Part shown: in pieces, positions 42,200 through 56,904 of the stretch | Layout of the letters: every line of letters begins with the position of its first letter | Numbering within the stretch: the first letter of the stretch is position 1 | Assembly (NCBI GenBank): GCA_951406725.2 | Contig: OX597815.1 | Span: 79,794,001 to 79,858,000 of the forward strand | From: Octopus vulgaris | Taxonomy: Eukaryota | DNA: 64,000 bases | Direction: 5' to 3' | Made by a program: the position numbers and the translations under genes | Notes under the pieces: generated by a model | Seen by the model: the letters and a program-made list of their open reading frames with translations, nothing else | Database searches by the model: none | What the model was told of the DNA's origin: nothing

Positions 42200-42520
42200 G
42201 TTGATATTCTAAAAGAAGTTCTATTTTTCTATGTTCTTGATTATTGAGCGGTATTATGTCTTTGTTGATGATGCAGTGAAAAATTCAGATTCACATGAAT
42301 ACGTGGAATAAATTCGTAGAAGTATTGGCATTGCTATTTCAGTCTGTATTGGAAATTCTGATTTCACATTCACAAAAGAAAAAGAAAAGAAAAAAACCTG
42401 CATCACACAAGTTTGTTTTCGAAAATTTAACTTTGCACGACAGCACAGCAAATTCTTCTTGAGTCTTCAAAGAATGATGTTTCACTCATTCCATTCCTAC
42501 AACGATTGGGGTACGGGCCA
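42200..42520 (-). pseudogene. hAT (Buster/Charlie) transposase C-terminal dimerisation domain remnant
   Basis: VKSEFP..EIAMPILLRIYSTYSCESEFFTASSTKT*YRS resembles LLPFxSTYLCESGFSxxxxIKTKYR. Confidence 0.7.
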
Positions 42521-43494
42521 AATCTAAAATTGTCTATGCCTGGAAGTGTTTTAAATAATACTCGATTACAATCTAAATCGAATGAAAAATAAAATCATCA
42601 GTAGCTGAAAATATTTCGAAAAAATTATTTCGCACTGCAAGTTTCAATTTATAAAAATGAAAATGTTTGTGTGTCTACCCTTGCAGACATATTTTTAAAG
42701 AAGTAGTTCTAAAATGGTGAAAGAAGGCTTGATTCTGTGTTAGGCACCATTAAACTCTCTCTATTTGTGAAAAATTTAAGAAAAGACAAAACACATATAC
42801 ACATCCGTATGCATGTGTATTTATGTGCGTATGTATGTATGTATACATGCTACTATCCAAATAAGAAACACATTGTTTTCACATCCAATATCTTCGCACA
42901 CACTAGCATTGAAACATAATACAAATAACGCGCCAGTAATGCATTAATCGACTGAGCTGCTTGGAACGCTTCATATGTAAATCAATCAATCTTTCTTACT
43001 CGCAACTTTTGTAATTGTGGGTTTATAAGCAGTGTTTATGTGGACAGTTAAAGAGGGTGCTCACTTGCTGATGAAATCTCAACAGAGGATTGAAACAAAT
43101 TAGGTTGACTCCTTTTTGTCTATCTACAAAGTATCGTATATAAAAGGAAATATAATTTAGATTCAGTAGAATTAAGTACTTAAATAGAGGCACCTTGTTA
43201 GAAAGAACTAATTTGCACTCTCAGACAATATTAGGTGAGTATCAAACTCTACATAGAATCTTTTGCACTCGATATTCTTGCAGTGTATGCAGATGGCACG
43301 ATCCAACTTAGTGAATAAATCCATTCTTGTTTGTTCAAAAATATACTTTATATAAAGATACCTTCCAAATACTTCCGAAGTGCAGATTGCAGGGTAGGTG
43401 AGTAAAATGAAAATGAGTAATAAAGATGTATAAATGTATTGACTTAAAAGAAAGGTGGTTATGCCATCTATTAAATAGTGTTGGCTAATGGTGA

Positions 43495-43719
43495 TGAAAA
43501 AGCTGGCAACTTTTAAACATCGAGATATTTCGAGCATAGTGACTTCTAAATCGCTGTGCTCAGCCTTTATAACCACAATAACAGCATGCCTCTTCATTTC
43601 TTGAGTAAGCTGCGGGTCGGCCATTATTATTTTCTGAAACAAAGAATATACAGAGTTATCAAAAAAAATGCAGCAATGACCCAGAAAGGTATGTCCTCAA
43701 ATACCTTACTCACCTTGTA
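43495..43719 (-). mobile_element. Tc1/mariner (maT/DD37D-like) 5' end with the transposase N-terminus
   Basis: The terminus TA-CAAGGTG resembles the CAGGGTG TIR; MKRHAVIVVIKAEHSDLE..ISRCLKVA is an HTH-like start. Confidence 0.6.
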
Positions 43720-43777
43720 TCTCTCTCTCTCTCTCTCTCTGTGTCTCTCTCTCTGTCTCTGTCTCTCTGTCTCTCTG

Positions 43778-43879
<102 letters not shown>

Positions 43880-45583
43880 ACTTATAAACAAGGGCTAAAG
43901 AAAATTATTTCTATGCCAATATGCTGATAACAGACTTTTATATCGTTAATTTCCACATATTATTTACTCGCTACAGAAAACACGTAGAGCTGAAATCGAG
44001 GAAAGCTGGCCAAAAGAACTTTTTAAAAAGTTCATTATTTCTATATTGAATCAATTTCGGAATTAATCTCATAATAGATTTTTTCCTCTTCAGTAGAAAA
44101 TACAAAAATACATAAATGAAATACTTACAAGCGCCCATGGAAAAAAGCCGAAGCAAAAATCATGAATACATATAAGTACCCCAGATATATCTAAATATAA
44201 AATCCTTTGGTCAGCCTCAGCACACGTGTGAACTGTTCCCCACTACAACTTATAGTGGTTACCAGTCCCTATAGCGAATAGTAATAAGTCTACTACTAAT
44301 ATAGGATGAAGCTTTTTTACAGAAAATAACACTACTTTTTAGTGTTATTCAGATTTCAGTTGGAGCTATTTTATATATTAATACTCCGGATAGGTTTTGA
44401 ATCTTTTTACACAATTACATAGCACTCACAGAATTCTTTAGGAAGATTTTATTTCAAATTGCTCTCTATAAAAAGGAAATGTTACTTCTAGAACCCTTTC
44501 CAGGCTCTCCAAGGCTTGGAGTACGAAGAAATCTCTAGAGCAGAAACATGATTTGAGCGTTTGTAACAAAGGGGATTCCGTTAAATTTATTCAAGGTCCA
44601 AGTGGCAGTGTATATACAGTTGTGTTAAGTTTACTACACGCCATAAAAGAGAACTCAATATCTTTCACAGAACAGTTATTTTAAGACGAAAGTTTAGGCT
44701 TATTTGTTCTTGCAAACGCCTTAGTTCTTTTGAACTTTGATAAGTTAAAACTTGATTTTATGTCGATATATATATATATATAAATTTGTTCTGATTTCCT
44801 GTTTAAGGTGCCTGATGTTTAGATGGACATGAAATAATTTTCATCAATGGAGCGGTCACAATTATTTTAATATGTTGTGTACTTCTTGCTGTGCAGTATT
44901 GTCGAGATTATATTCAATTTCTTATTAAATGATATTTCAAGTGCTATATATGGCTTGAAAATGTTGTACTGTTTCTTTTACTGTATATATAAAGGTGGAG
45001 TTATGGTTTAAGACTGGCACATAGAGGATCTTCGCATATTACAATATATGAAGTAAGGAGTTGTATGTTTCTTTGGAATGACAACGCAGCTCAATAACTG
45101 AGAGTTTCAGCTTTTCTCAAATTACCTACAGGTATAACTCTCTATTTAGACATTTGCCGTCATCTTGCTAATCTCTAGATTGACAAGGTTATTCCGATAA
45201 CTGATATCATAGTTGCTTTAGGTTATCTTTTAGCTGGTTCAGAACACCTTATACCTGCAATGATACCTCGCATGTTCTCATGCAACAATAGTTTACCTTT
45301 AAGATATTCCAGTTAAAACGATTGGCGCATATGCGTCTTGTGAGAAAATGTTTCTGAATCAGGTTTTGGGAATTCTTTACAATATTCTTAGATTCCTTGT
45401 GACTATGTGCATGTTCGAATCAGATTACAGGAAATTTCGAGATTTTCGAGACAGACTTCTAGTGATCTGCAATTCTATTAAATATGTCTTTGTCTGTTGA
45501 ACTGTTCGAAGCCCACATAATAAAATCAATCCAAAACGGAGTGATGTGAAGGGAGTTCATATGTATATGTATATGTGTATATG

Positions 45584-45642
<59 letters not shown>

Positions 45643-45667
45643 ATATATATGTATGCATATGTATATA

Positions 45668-45767
<100 letters not shown>

Positions 45768-46370
45768 TGTGCGTGTGTGTGTATTTGTGTGAGTACAGTT
45801 ACACAAATGCACTCGCATGCACATGCGCACGCACGCATGCACACACACACACAAGTATTGCTTCATGTTTGCATGTGCCCACTCGTGTTTGAATACATCT
45901 ACTGCAAAGTAACATTTTCAGGAAATGATTTATACAGACATACACTCGTACAAATACACAGACATACACACATATACGCGCATATATGTACATGCGCATA
46001 TATATACATGAATACATACATATATATATATATATGCATACATACATACACGCAGTGCTGCACACGTGCATAGTTTTGTGCGCATGCGTGTGTATGTATG
46101 CATATATGAATCAATGTGTGTGTATGGATATGCAACAACTTCTAGGTCTAAATCAACAATAAAATAGAGAAAGATAATAAATAAATAAATGAATAAAACT
46201 AAAATGGCGCTAATAAAATATTATTTCCTCTCATACAAATGCACACACTGACAGACATTGGCAGGCACAAGGATGTACTATACTCCTTCATATGTTGAGT
46301 TACACCACCGAAATCACGTAAACTAACGCCCACTACTACCTCCAGTATCACAAAATTAATCAACACATCG

Positions 46371-46449
<79 letters not shown>

Positions 46450-46747
46450 CACCACCATAACTGCGTTTGCCATTGTTCTATAACTAACTCTAACACCCAC
46501 ACCATTGCAGTAACTATTCTCAAAGAGTAAAAACTACCAACGCCACCACCCACCACATTACGAACAAAGGAAAGAGCTGTACTATGGACACCTCGTATAC
46601 TACAAATAGTAGAGTTGCATCAAACTTTTCAAGCATAAAAAGGAAAATATTCCTAAATAAGCAACCCGGAAAGCCTTTGATCCAAAGCCTGTTTGAACAG
46701 AGTTGCTCTGGGTTTGAATAACAACCATATAATCACTATGGTCATTG

Positions 46748-46970
46748 TTGGTTTCAAATTTTGGCAGAAGACCAGCAATTTCGTGGCTGGGGGTAAGTCG
46801 AGTAACATCGGCCCCAGTGCTCCACTGGTATGTTACTCATTTTATCAACCTCCGAAATGATGAAAGGCAAAGTCGACCTCGGTGGAATTTGAACTCAGAA
46901 CATAAAGTCAGACGGAATACTGCTATACATTTTGTCCTGCGTGTTAACGATTCTGTCGGTTTACCGCCTT
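46748..46970 (-). mobile_element. SINE family B, diverged
   Basis: gatgaaaggcaaagtcgacctcggtggaatttgaactcagaac. Confidence 0.8.
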
Positions 46971-47905
46971 CACCACTATCGTAATTATTAATGCCATAAT
47001 CCTCATCAGTACAGAGCGTTATAACAGGCAAATTTGCTACAAATCACACTCTACACTTACTTTCTTAACGGGCATAATGGATGTTATAAGTTCAGATATA
47101 TTAAGCGGTGTATAAGACGAGATGAACAAAGCTAGAACATTTTTTATGATATTACAAGTTTATTTAATTACGATTAACCTAACGCTAAACTGAATAATAA
47201 CACGCTGTAGCATCATTTGATGTCAATGCAATGACTGTCATTAACACAGATAACATCACGAGAAATAAAATACTAAAAATACTACAATCCCTAGCAAAAT
47301 TTAGAACCTACCCAGAAACAACTACGTATAATGAAAGAACCAAAAAATGGAATCATCTTTAGGGGTAGCACTGCGTTCAAGACTTATTGAATACATTAAT
47401 CCAATCCATCAGTTTTAATAAATATTATATACATTAGAAAGAATTTACATCACAATTCTTTCAAGACGGACTTTCTCTTGAAATTTAAAAACATAGCTAT
47501 GTGTAGTCATTCTTTCAATATGAAACCATCTGAAATGGATTTGGATATCTCAAAGCAGAGTATATATGTAAGCATCTATGTGAAAGTTGTGGACATGAAA
47601 TCAATGGCTATAAATTTCAAGTATCATTGTCCTTTTGAAGTTGGTAGACTATGTACCTCAAATGATCATAAAAAACCAGCTTTGCATGCTAAGAGAAAAC
47701 GCAAAAAAGCAAGAACAGAAAAAAAAAACCATAATTAGAGAACTGGATACAAGCATAGAAATTATCCACAAAATAGAAATAGCAGAGGACTAATATATTA
47801 TCACGAATGGATTATTATTTATTGGATCACAACTTCGGTCTAAACATACCGACATAGAGAAAAGATTAACGTTACCAGATAAGAATAACGTATGTGTGTG
47901 TGCGA

Positions 47906-47956
<51 letters not shown>

Positions 47957-48184
47957 AATATATATATATATGTGTGTGCATGTATATATGTATTCTTACA
48001 CACACACATTAATACATACATATTTTCTTTCGTATAAAAATTTAGTTAAATACTCCCAAAGATTCGCAGTGATATTATTATGATATATGTACTCGCATAC
48101 ATGCACCACATGCTTTCATTGTTTTCAGCCAAATAGCCAATCAAATCACTTTTCGCTTCCAAAGTCAGTCATGGAGAAACAGAA

Positions 48185-48930
48185 AGGCATTCACTTTAGC
48201 TGTCATTTGTGAAAATTTACTCTCCACTGTTCATTCATTTAATGCTCATAACTAATATTTCAGGCTGAAAAAACTCTATCATTTTTTTTTAAGGCTTCTT
48301 ATAATACTGAAAGTAGACCTCCTCTCAGCTTGTTACATATCACATTCCATGTTTTTGGAACTTCAGTTCATTCAAGTAACCAAATGATTTAACATGATAT
48401 ATACGTATGTATATATGTATGTATATATATATATATATATACATATATATATACATATATATATATATACATACATACATATATACATACATATATATCA
48501 TGTTAAATCATTTGGTTACTTGAATGAACTGAAGTTCCAAAAACATGGAATGTGATATGTGAAAAGCTGAGAGGTGGTCTACTTTCAGTATTATAAGAAG
48601 CCTTAAAAATAAATGATAGGGTTTTTTTCAGCCTGAAATATTAGTTATGAGCATTAAATGAATGAACAGTGGAGAGTAAATTTTCACAAATGACAGCTAA
48701 AGTGAATGCCTATGAGGGCAAAGGAAAAAATTTCTAATGCCAAATATGCCGAAAAATTGGACATATTGTCCATTAACCATATAATTTTTTCACAATACGC
48801 ACGCTACTCGAAAAAAGGTCGACAGAAATTTTTAAAAAATTCCATTATTACCATATCGGACCGATTTCAGAGTTAGCTACTAAGAGCCCTCTCTTCGTCA
48901 GTGATACATGTGGCAAAAGAAATAAATATA
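48185..48930. mobile_element. pLTR-like inverted pair around a central (TA/CA)n, with HHR
   Basis: 48185-48400 is the reverse complement of 48495-48711; the right arm continues into an HHR. Confidence 0.8.
48854..48907 (-). ncRNA. Type I hammerhead ribozyme motif
   Basis: GTATCA-CTGACGA-AGAG(18 nt)CTCT-GAAAT-CG-GTC-CGATAT, two transitions away from an ideal GAAACCGGTC-TGATA. Confidence 0.72.
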
Positions 48931-49053
48931 TATATTGGCCTGCTCGCTTAGCCAGCGGGGTGGCGTCATTTGAAAGGCTAAAACAATGCGAAACGCATTG
49001 TGACCAGCGATGTGTAGCAACATCTGATAGCCTGGTCGGTCACGGTGATCACG

Positions 49054-49172
<119 letters not shown>

Positions 49173-49415
49173 TTATTCTTAAACAAGAATGTTGTTGACT
49201 TCGAAGTCACTAGTAACAGCATTCTTTGCATTTTACAAAAGTACAGAGTAATCCATCAGATTCATGTAAAATTGTTTTTGTTATAAATGAACATAAAAAA
49301 CGAACATGAACACACAGACACACACACACATTCATAAAGTGATATATGTGATCGCGTTTATATCGTTGGCAATTTTTTTCCTCTGTCTTCCCTTCCTTGC
49401 ATCTTTCCTTTTTCT

Positions 49416-49455
49416 ATGTTTTTGACGAAGAGCTCCGCTCGAAACGTTTAGTCAT
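49416..49455 (+). ncRNA. Degenerate hammerhead motif in a pLTR-like fragment (about 49360-49545)
   Basis: TTGACGA-A-GAGC TCC GCTC-GAAAC-GTT; C3 is replaced by U and stem I is decayed. Confidence 0.6.
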
Positions 49456-49552
49456 CCCTCTTTCTTTCCTTTCCTGAGCGTCCAACAACACTCTACTTGT
49501 TCCACGTCCTCGCGTTGTTGTGCTTTCATGTTTGGATTAACTTTATATATAC

Positions 49553-49639
<87 letters not shown>

Positions 49640-49652
49640 CATATATATATAC

Positions 49653-49703
<51 letters not shown>

Positions 49704-49730
49704 TACACACACACACACACATATATATAT

Positions 49731-49872
49731 AGCGGTTCGGCAAAAGAGACCGATAGAATAAGTACTGGGCTTACAAAGAATAAGTCCCGGGGTCGATTTG
49801 CTCGACTAAAGGCGGTGCTCCAGCATGGCCGCAGTCAAATGACAAACAAGTAAAAGATAAAAGATAAAAGAT
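49731..49872 (+). mobile_element. SINE family A, 3' half
   Basis: agcggttcggcaaaagagaccgatagaataagtac...ggccgcagtcaaatgac. Confidence 0.85.
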
Positions 49873-49892
49873 AGCCATCAATGCCAATATAA

Positions 49893-49967
<75 letters not shown>

Positions 49968-50039
49968 GGGAGTATAACTCCAAACTTACTGGGAAAAATT
50001 CAATTTTGTATTAAAAATCAAATTTCACAGTATAAATAT

Positions 50040-50218
50040 ATAAAATATGAAGTAGAGATAATACCACTATTATGCAACTTAAACAGTGATAAACATAAAC
50101 CAATACATATATTATATTAAATATATATATATTATTTATTATTTATGTATTGGTTTATGTCTATCACTGTTTGAGTTGCATAATAGTAGTTTTATCTCCA
50201 ATTCATATTTTATATATA
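50040..50218. repeat. Inverted repeat (~70-bp arms) with an AT-rich spacer
   Basis: actattatgcaacttaaacagtgataaacataaaccaatacat pairs with atgtattggtttatgtctatcactgtttgagttgcataatagt. Confidence 0.8.
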
Positions 50219-50256
50219 TACGCTCACACATACATGCACGCACGCACTCACACACA

Positions 50257-50302
<46 letters not shown>

Positions 50303-50329
50303 TGTATGTACTCATTAAACACTAAGAGT

Positions 50330-52260
50330 AAACATTCAATTGGTACTTGAGTTTTGTCGCCTTTTTGAAGTTTCCTAACTGAATTTCTGGCTCAAATTGA
50401 ACAAATTTTCTAAAAGGATATATATGTTTACCTTCAATCTTCCGCTTCCGTTAAGGTGGATAACATTTCTATTGCAGGAGAGGATTATCGTCCTGACTCT
50501 CGGTGCTATTTATTTGGGAAAAGTTAGGGCAAAGCAAATTTTGCAGTTAAAATTTGAGCATGAAAATAGCACAAGGACGGAATGAGAAGGTGGAGGGGAG
50601 TGTTGGGAAAATATAAGTTTGGCATAGAAAAAAGAAAGAGAAGGATAGAATAGGAAACATAGCAAGGAGTCTTAAAGGGAAGTAATTATCGATGTTTTAT
50701 CGAAGAGTTGTATGGGAAGGGTGCAGTGGTTTTTGGAGAAAAGCGTTTGTTAGGGAATTAGAAAATGCGTTAGGTCAGAATGTTTTTAAAAAATAGGGCA
50801 AAAAAGGAAGAAATAGTATAAAGGGAAGGCGTTTCTTACTACTGTTTATTTATGTGGCTTTTATACGGGAAAGCTAATGTTCCCTATTACATAATGCGTA
50901 CTTACCGTAATGGTTGCATTTTCCGAATTTCTCTGATTTGGTATTTAGATAAAAATCTGGATTATGCAAGATTTCATGGTTTCTATTTATCTATACCATG
51001 TGCACATCATAACTCTTGCTTCCAATTTCGTAGTGTGATTTTTCAACGATTTTTCATTTTATCGTGTAATCTGAATATTTTAGTTTCAAGATGTAGATGA
51101 TTACATTTGCTGAGTTCTTTTTATTTATGTGTCCAAAAGAAATTATAAAGTATTTCCTAAAACTCCTCTTAACATGCCTATGTAAAGTTTCCGTAGTACT
51201 TGTAGGTTGGGTTATATAAAAGTAACCTCAGTTTCACAAATTATCGGTCTGCATTAGATGATCCCTCCCCTAGGCATATATTTGGACTCCGACGTGAGCA
51301 AATGTTTTCAGCTTTGCTAATGAAAGCGTGTGGTATTATATTTTTGATATTCGCGGTTCTGTGTCTCTTAAAACGTTTTGGCTGGCAGTGATGTGTTTGC
51401 CCATTGTATGTTTTGTGTGATAAAGGATGTTTGATATACGGTATATGGCATACTTTTATCGTTGAAATGAGTTGCGGATAAGATGAGCTTTTGATTTTCT
51501 TTTTGAATCTAATAATTAGGCGTTGCTGCAGTATGGGGGTACCTTATTGAGTATTTATTAGAGGATCCTTCTGCTAATGTTATTGATGCGATTAATAAAA
51601 GCTAAAGTGGGTGACAAAATCATATGTTTTTAAGAGATATTTTCGTTTGGTTGTCTGAACTGTTAGGTTAGTTGAATGCCCTAAGTTCTAAAACTTTCGG
51701 GGATTTCCTTAAGTCGTCTAAAATATAATCAAGCCCATCATCTCTGTAAAGGTCAATGTCTATTAAATTTCAGGGAACGTCCAAGATGTACCGTCATACA
51801 AAATTTCATGTATTTGTGTTGTTATATGCTTCATGTGTTTACGTTGAAGGAACCTCATCTAGATCACAGTTTTTGAGAGTCAGGTGGAGTCTTTATCGGC
51901 CAGTAGGATTTGTCTAGCTTGCTTTATTATATTTCTGTCGCTACAATCTATTGTACCTTAGTGTTAGAAAACCTGAGCTGTTGCACAGTAAAATTTTAGA
52001 AATTGAGCAAATCTGTAGTTATGCTTACTGTCGAAACTAATGAATCAGCTAATGATATCGTTATTGATAATCCACTGACATAAGTTGGAGGTCTTCCTGG
52101 TGCTGTTCATATTGTTTAAAATCGTTTTAACTAATCCAGTATAAGATTGATATGCCAGTTATTTATGGGAGTAGATTTTAATGAAATATATTCTTCTTTA
52201 TCAGTTTCTAATCTAAATCCAATGCAAAAGATATTTATGTCAGTGGAATGGCACAATTAA
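50330..52260 (-). pseudogene. Penelope-like element remnant (RT plus GIY-YIG region)
   Basis: DIDLYRDDGL at about 51731-51760 is the PLE RT catalytic motif. QWIINNDIIS*FISFDSKHNYRFAQF lies upstream and LYIGM at about 51175-51190 downstream. Many stops. Confidence 0.75.
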
Positions 52261-53132
52261 TAAAACGTAAGAACAAATGTGGTATTTAATTATACTCCTT
52301 TTTATACTCAGTTCAAATTCCACGGCGATTAACCTATCTTATAATCTAGCCGGTCATGAGGAAATAAGTATAAGTAACATGTTTATGTCAATTTAATCTG
52401 ATCTTATCTTTTTTTACAAGTTTGTAATCTTGTAATAATGTTCATGTGCACCCTATAAATTGTGATATAACGGCTGCTAATTCGAGTAGTTTGATAGACC
52501 ACGTAAAGACTCCATCATTGGCTTCTGCTTATTTTTGGTGTTGTTTTGGGTAATGTTTAATCCCAAATGAACCCCGATCGAGCAGACGTAATACAAAGGC
52601 ATGCCAACAATGAAAATACTGCGCCTGCTTGCTTTTAGGTATGGAGTGTGCAGGACAACATTGTCCAATATATTTTCACTTTTCTCAGAGCGTATTTTCA
52701 GAAAAAATTGGAACTGCTCTTGCGAACAGGGCGAATTTTAGAGCACAGGCTCCCACATCACTCTCGTACTACAACTTTTGGTTGAGCGCGATTATAGTGC
52801 AGCATGGTGATATGAGATTTAGATGTGACAAAAAAAAGTAAAAGAAAAAGACTAAAAATAAAAATAGAAAAAATATTAAAATGAACAAAAACGACTAAAC
52901 ACAAAAAAAAGCACAAAAAGTGCCAAAAAACCCCTCCAACAAAACTACCAACTAAAAGAAATAAAAATAGTAATGAAATCTGAACTCATGCGTTATTTTT
53001 GTTTTGTTTGTTACGTCTTTACTGAGTTGTATTTATTTACCTATTTATTTTGCCTTATTAATATCTAATATCATTAAAAAAAAGAAAAGAAAATAGAAGC
53101 TAAGGTAAACAAATGCATGACGCTGGGTTTGA

Positions 53133-53179
<47 letters not shown>

Positions 53180-53351
53180 ATACACGTATTTATATACACA
53201 CACATATATATGTATATATTTGCACATACAGATGTGTGTGTGTGTGTTTGCGCGTGTGCACGTGAGTGTACTTGTGTATGCGTAAGTATACATGTATCTG
53301 TTTATGACTATTTCTCTCTAGTCTAGTCTTTCACTTTCTCTATCCTTCCTC

Positions 53352-53389
<38 letters not shown>

Positions 53390-53458
53390 TGTTTCTGTGT
53401 TTCTGTCTGTCTGTCTGTCTGTCTCTCTCTGTGTTTCTGTTTCTCTCTCTCTCTCTCT

Positions 53459-53507
<49 letters not shown>

Positions 53508-54450
53508 CATGTGTGTTCGTGTGTACGTGTGTGTGTGTGTGTGTATCAACACAAATATATGGAGACAAAGAGTCTACACATCTTGCAGTTTTAATATCTT
53601 GAAAGGTTTGTTAGTAGCAGCTGGTGGCGGTGCTGTTGTTGTTGCTGTTACTGTTGTTGTTGTTGTTGTTGTTGTTAGTGTTGCTGGTGATTGGGTGGCG
53701 TATGTTGCGGAGGTGAGGTTGGACGTGGTGGTAGTGTTATTAATGGTAATGTGTTATTGTTGCTATTGGTGCCGAATTGGTGGTGGTGGTGATAGTGTGT
53801 GTGGGGTACTATGCGAGCGTCTGCCTTGGTTATGGTAGGAATGCTGGAGGTGGTGGTCGTCGTGGCTGAGATGGTGTTGGTGTTGATGCTGCTGTTGTTG
53901 TTGTTGTTGATTGAGTAGGCTTATGACCAAAGGCATTCCAGTTACGACCATTCTGTTTTTTTGTTTCTTCTTTTTTTTCAAAAATAGTATATCTAGGACG
54001 ACTGTATTCAATGTACACTTCACTTTGCTTTAAGACGAACGGTATATCTAGCTGCTATTTCTGGCAGATCGAGCGACAACATAGAGACTTCCTCGTTCGC
54101 TCGTTATTGCTGCTATGTTTGTTTTGAGTGGTAATAGTGGTGGTGGCAGTAAGAGGTCTCCTGCTGATGTGTTTTTATTTTGTTACTGTCGGTGATAATT
54201 ATTAAAGTAACAGTGACATAGTAGGGGGGTGATTTTGTGGTGTTGGCAATGGTATTAGTTATAGAAATATAGCGATAGTAGTGGTTATGGCGAGTAAATC
54301 GGATGTAATGATATAGTTGTTTAACTCTAGGTCAGCTCAGATTTGATCAAATATGTCCTAGACGCGGCCATTAACCATTTTGCATATCAAGAATCTATAG
54401 TTCAGTCTTTATTTAAGAGAGTAGGGTGTGATTTGAAGTTTTCTCTAGCA

Positions 54451-54780
54451 TAGGGGTACTGAACCATTTTTTTATCTATGATCCCCTTTGATTACTATTT
54501 TACTTTGGCGGACCCAACACAGCCATTTGATGTTTAAAAAAAACTAGTTTTATAGAATGCCATTTATTAATGTTTTCACACAGTAATTTGTGTAAAATGT
54601 TAGAGAAAGAAACCGCGATGTTTCTTGTAATACATACCAATACATAAATCTAAAGTAAATTCTTTTCGGAGACCCTTAAAATACTTTTGTGAATCTTTAA
54701 TTTACTATTTTGTTATGTGTATACCCTAAAATCTTAAATGAACTTTCAGAGACCATATGGACTTTGGTTGAGAACCACTG
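54451..54780 (-). mobile_element. hAT MITE (same family as 14998-15347)
   Basis: TIRs taggggtactgaacc / ggttgagaaccactg; imperfect 8-bp TSD ctctagca / gcctagca. Confidence 0.8.
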
Positions 54781-55231
54781 GCCTAGCAGATCAAGCGTCC
54801 ACATACAGATGCCCTGATTTTCTTACCCATAAAAGTGGGAAACGAAGCAACTTGTGAATTTTACTCTTGTTAATGTGATTGCTTAGTTGGTTTTGTTTAA
54901 CCCTGAATCAAACAGGATCGACGAAAACTACGATCAAAGCCATTCCAGCCACCAACACCCGGTCTTTTCTGTGACTAAAACTATATTGACTACATTTTGT
55001 AATATGTCGTTCCGTTTACTGTATGACTGTAAGGTGATATTTGTGGGAATTCATCTGCTATTGCGACCTCCGTGGGACTTGAAACGAGAACAAGAGCGTT
55101 ATAACTAAATAACCCTTCCAAAATCTAAAAGAACTTCTACTGTAATTACCAGGCTCCTCTCATGGACCCTATCTTTGTTCGTTTATTAGTGTAGTAGTAA
55201 TAGTGGTTGTAGCAGCAGCAGTAGCAGCAGC

Positions 55232-55269
<38 letters not shown>

Positions 55270-56904
55270 CAGTAAGAGGAGTAGTAGTAGTATCAGTAGT
55301 AGTTATTATTGGTGGTGATGGTTATAATAATGAGGTGGTGGTAGTAGTTGTTTGATGTTCGTTTTAAAGTACATTATTTCAAAGATTTCCGGTGTCAACT
55401 TAGACAGCACTTTTTTCCAGTTTTCTATATCAAGTTGACGGAAAAAATCTTCTATTGGGACTGGCGAAAAAGCTGCTTCTTGATCATTCGACTTGCTAGA
55501 AATAGTAATCAAATCTCTATCAAATTACACCCTCCATTATATATTATGATGTAGATCTGAATACTCATAAAATCGAGATGGTCATGATTGGAATACCTTT
55601 GATTGTAGTTTATCTCAGTTGGAATTGACTTAGGGCTGAATGACTTATGCTACCTCGCAATATATTCACTGGAATTTACTTATTACAATCATTGACAATG
55701 TTGTTAAACAGTTATTGTTATCAAAGTTAATAGGTATCAAATACGATCAGTATATTGTTATAACTTCTGATTAATGTTATTGGCCGTTTATTGTTATTGG
55801 TGATGAACTTGTAGATATAAATGTTATTTTAGCTGTTGCTAATATTGACTTATCAGGCTTTGTGGCTGAACGATGCGGTGCAATCTCACAAATCCTTGTT
55901 CAAGATATACTGTGATTCCTTTACTCAATGCACCATGATATGAATGTTTATTATATGGAGAGCAATAAAGTGCGACAAACACATTGCTTTATTTTTCCTT
56001 CTCCAGTATCTTTACATATGTCAGTTGTTATTTTTAATGTTGTTTAGTCTCACACAAGTCCTGATGAAAAAGACCTTCAATAAAGGGCGTTCCACCAGTG
56101 ACTATTTTATCCAACATTGAGCTATGTTTGACTACATTTACTACTATCCATATCATACTGAATGACCATGCAGTGGCTCTCTCTTTGGTTCTTTCATGTG
56201 CAATATTGTTTTGATGATAGCGTCATCAAGAACTAAACTAGAGCCAGGCCACCCATTCGAAGTGCTATATTGCCACTCCTTTCAACTTATCGTTGATGGA
56301 GTGTATCCTAGCACAGTATTTATGGTTAATGAAGTTATTATTGATGCTTGACTCACTGGACTAAGTAGTCAAACCTCGTTATGATTACACCCCACCATTT
56401 AAAAATGGAAGGACACATTGGGGAATGTTCGCCATTGTGGATGTGTCAGCTGTTATCGTTGGCAATGTTTTACAGTTGTTGATTTTGTTGACTTTTCTAC
56501 TTTTATAATCGCTCAACTGTTCATGATATTAATGGCAGCGATTTTGATTTTTGCGTCGGTTTCTTTTGTTATTTTTATAGTCTTGTTTACTTAAGCTTTT
56601 CAATTTAAGCATGTACTTTGTTGTTACAGTTGTTGGTCATATTGTTGCTGTGCTGGATACTTTAGCTACTGTTCTTCGTTTATAAAACATTTCTTGTTGT
56701 ATTTAAATTATCTTTATCATGGTCGTTATGGCTCTTGTTGATCGACTGTTGGCGCTAATTTTATTTCTGTTACTATTGCTGTTGTTGCCATTGCGTCTAT
56801 TCGCATTATTTAACTTTTAAAATATTTTCATTGCTAATATGTCTCTTATTATTAGGGTAGAGCATTAGAGAGATCATTAAAGAGTCAGTCAAAATGACCT
56901 GCGA

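Noticed and set aside
44160-45480. Further decayed PLE RT region on the minus strand (TTVYTATWT-like)
   Set aside because: Only one weak motif is visible; it needs tBLASTn or HMM confirmation.
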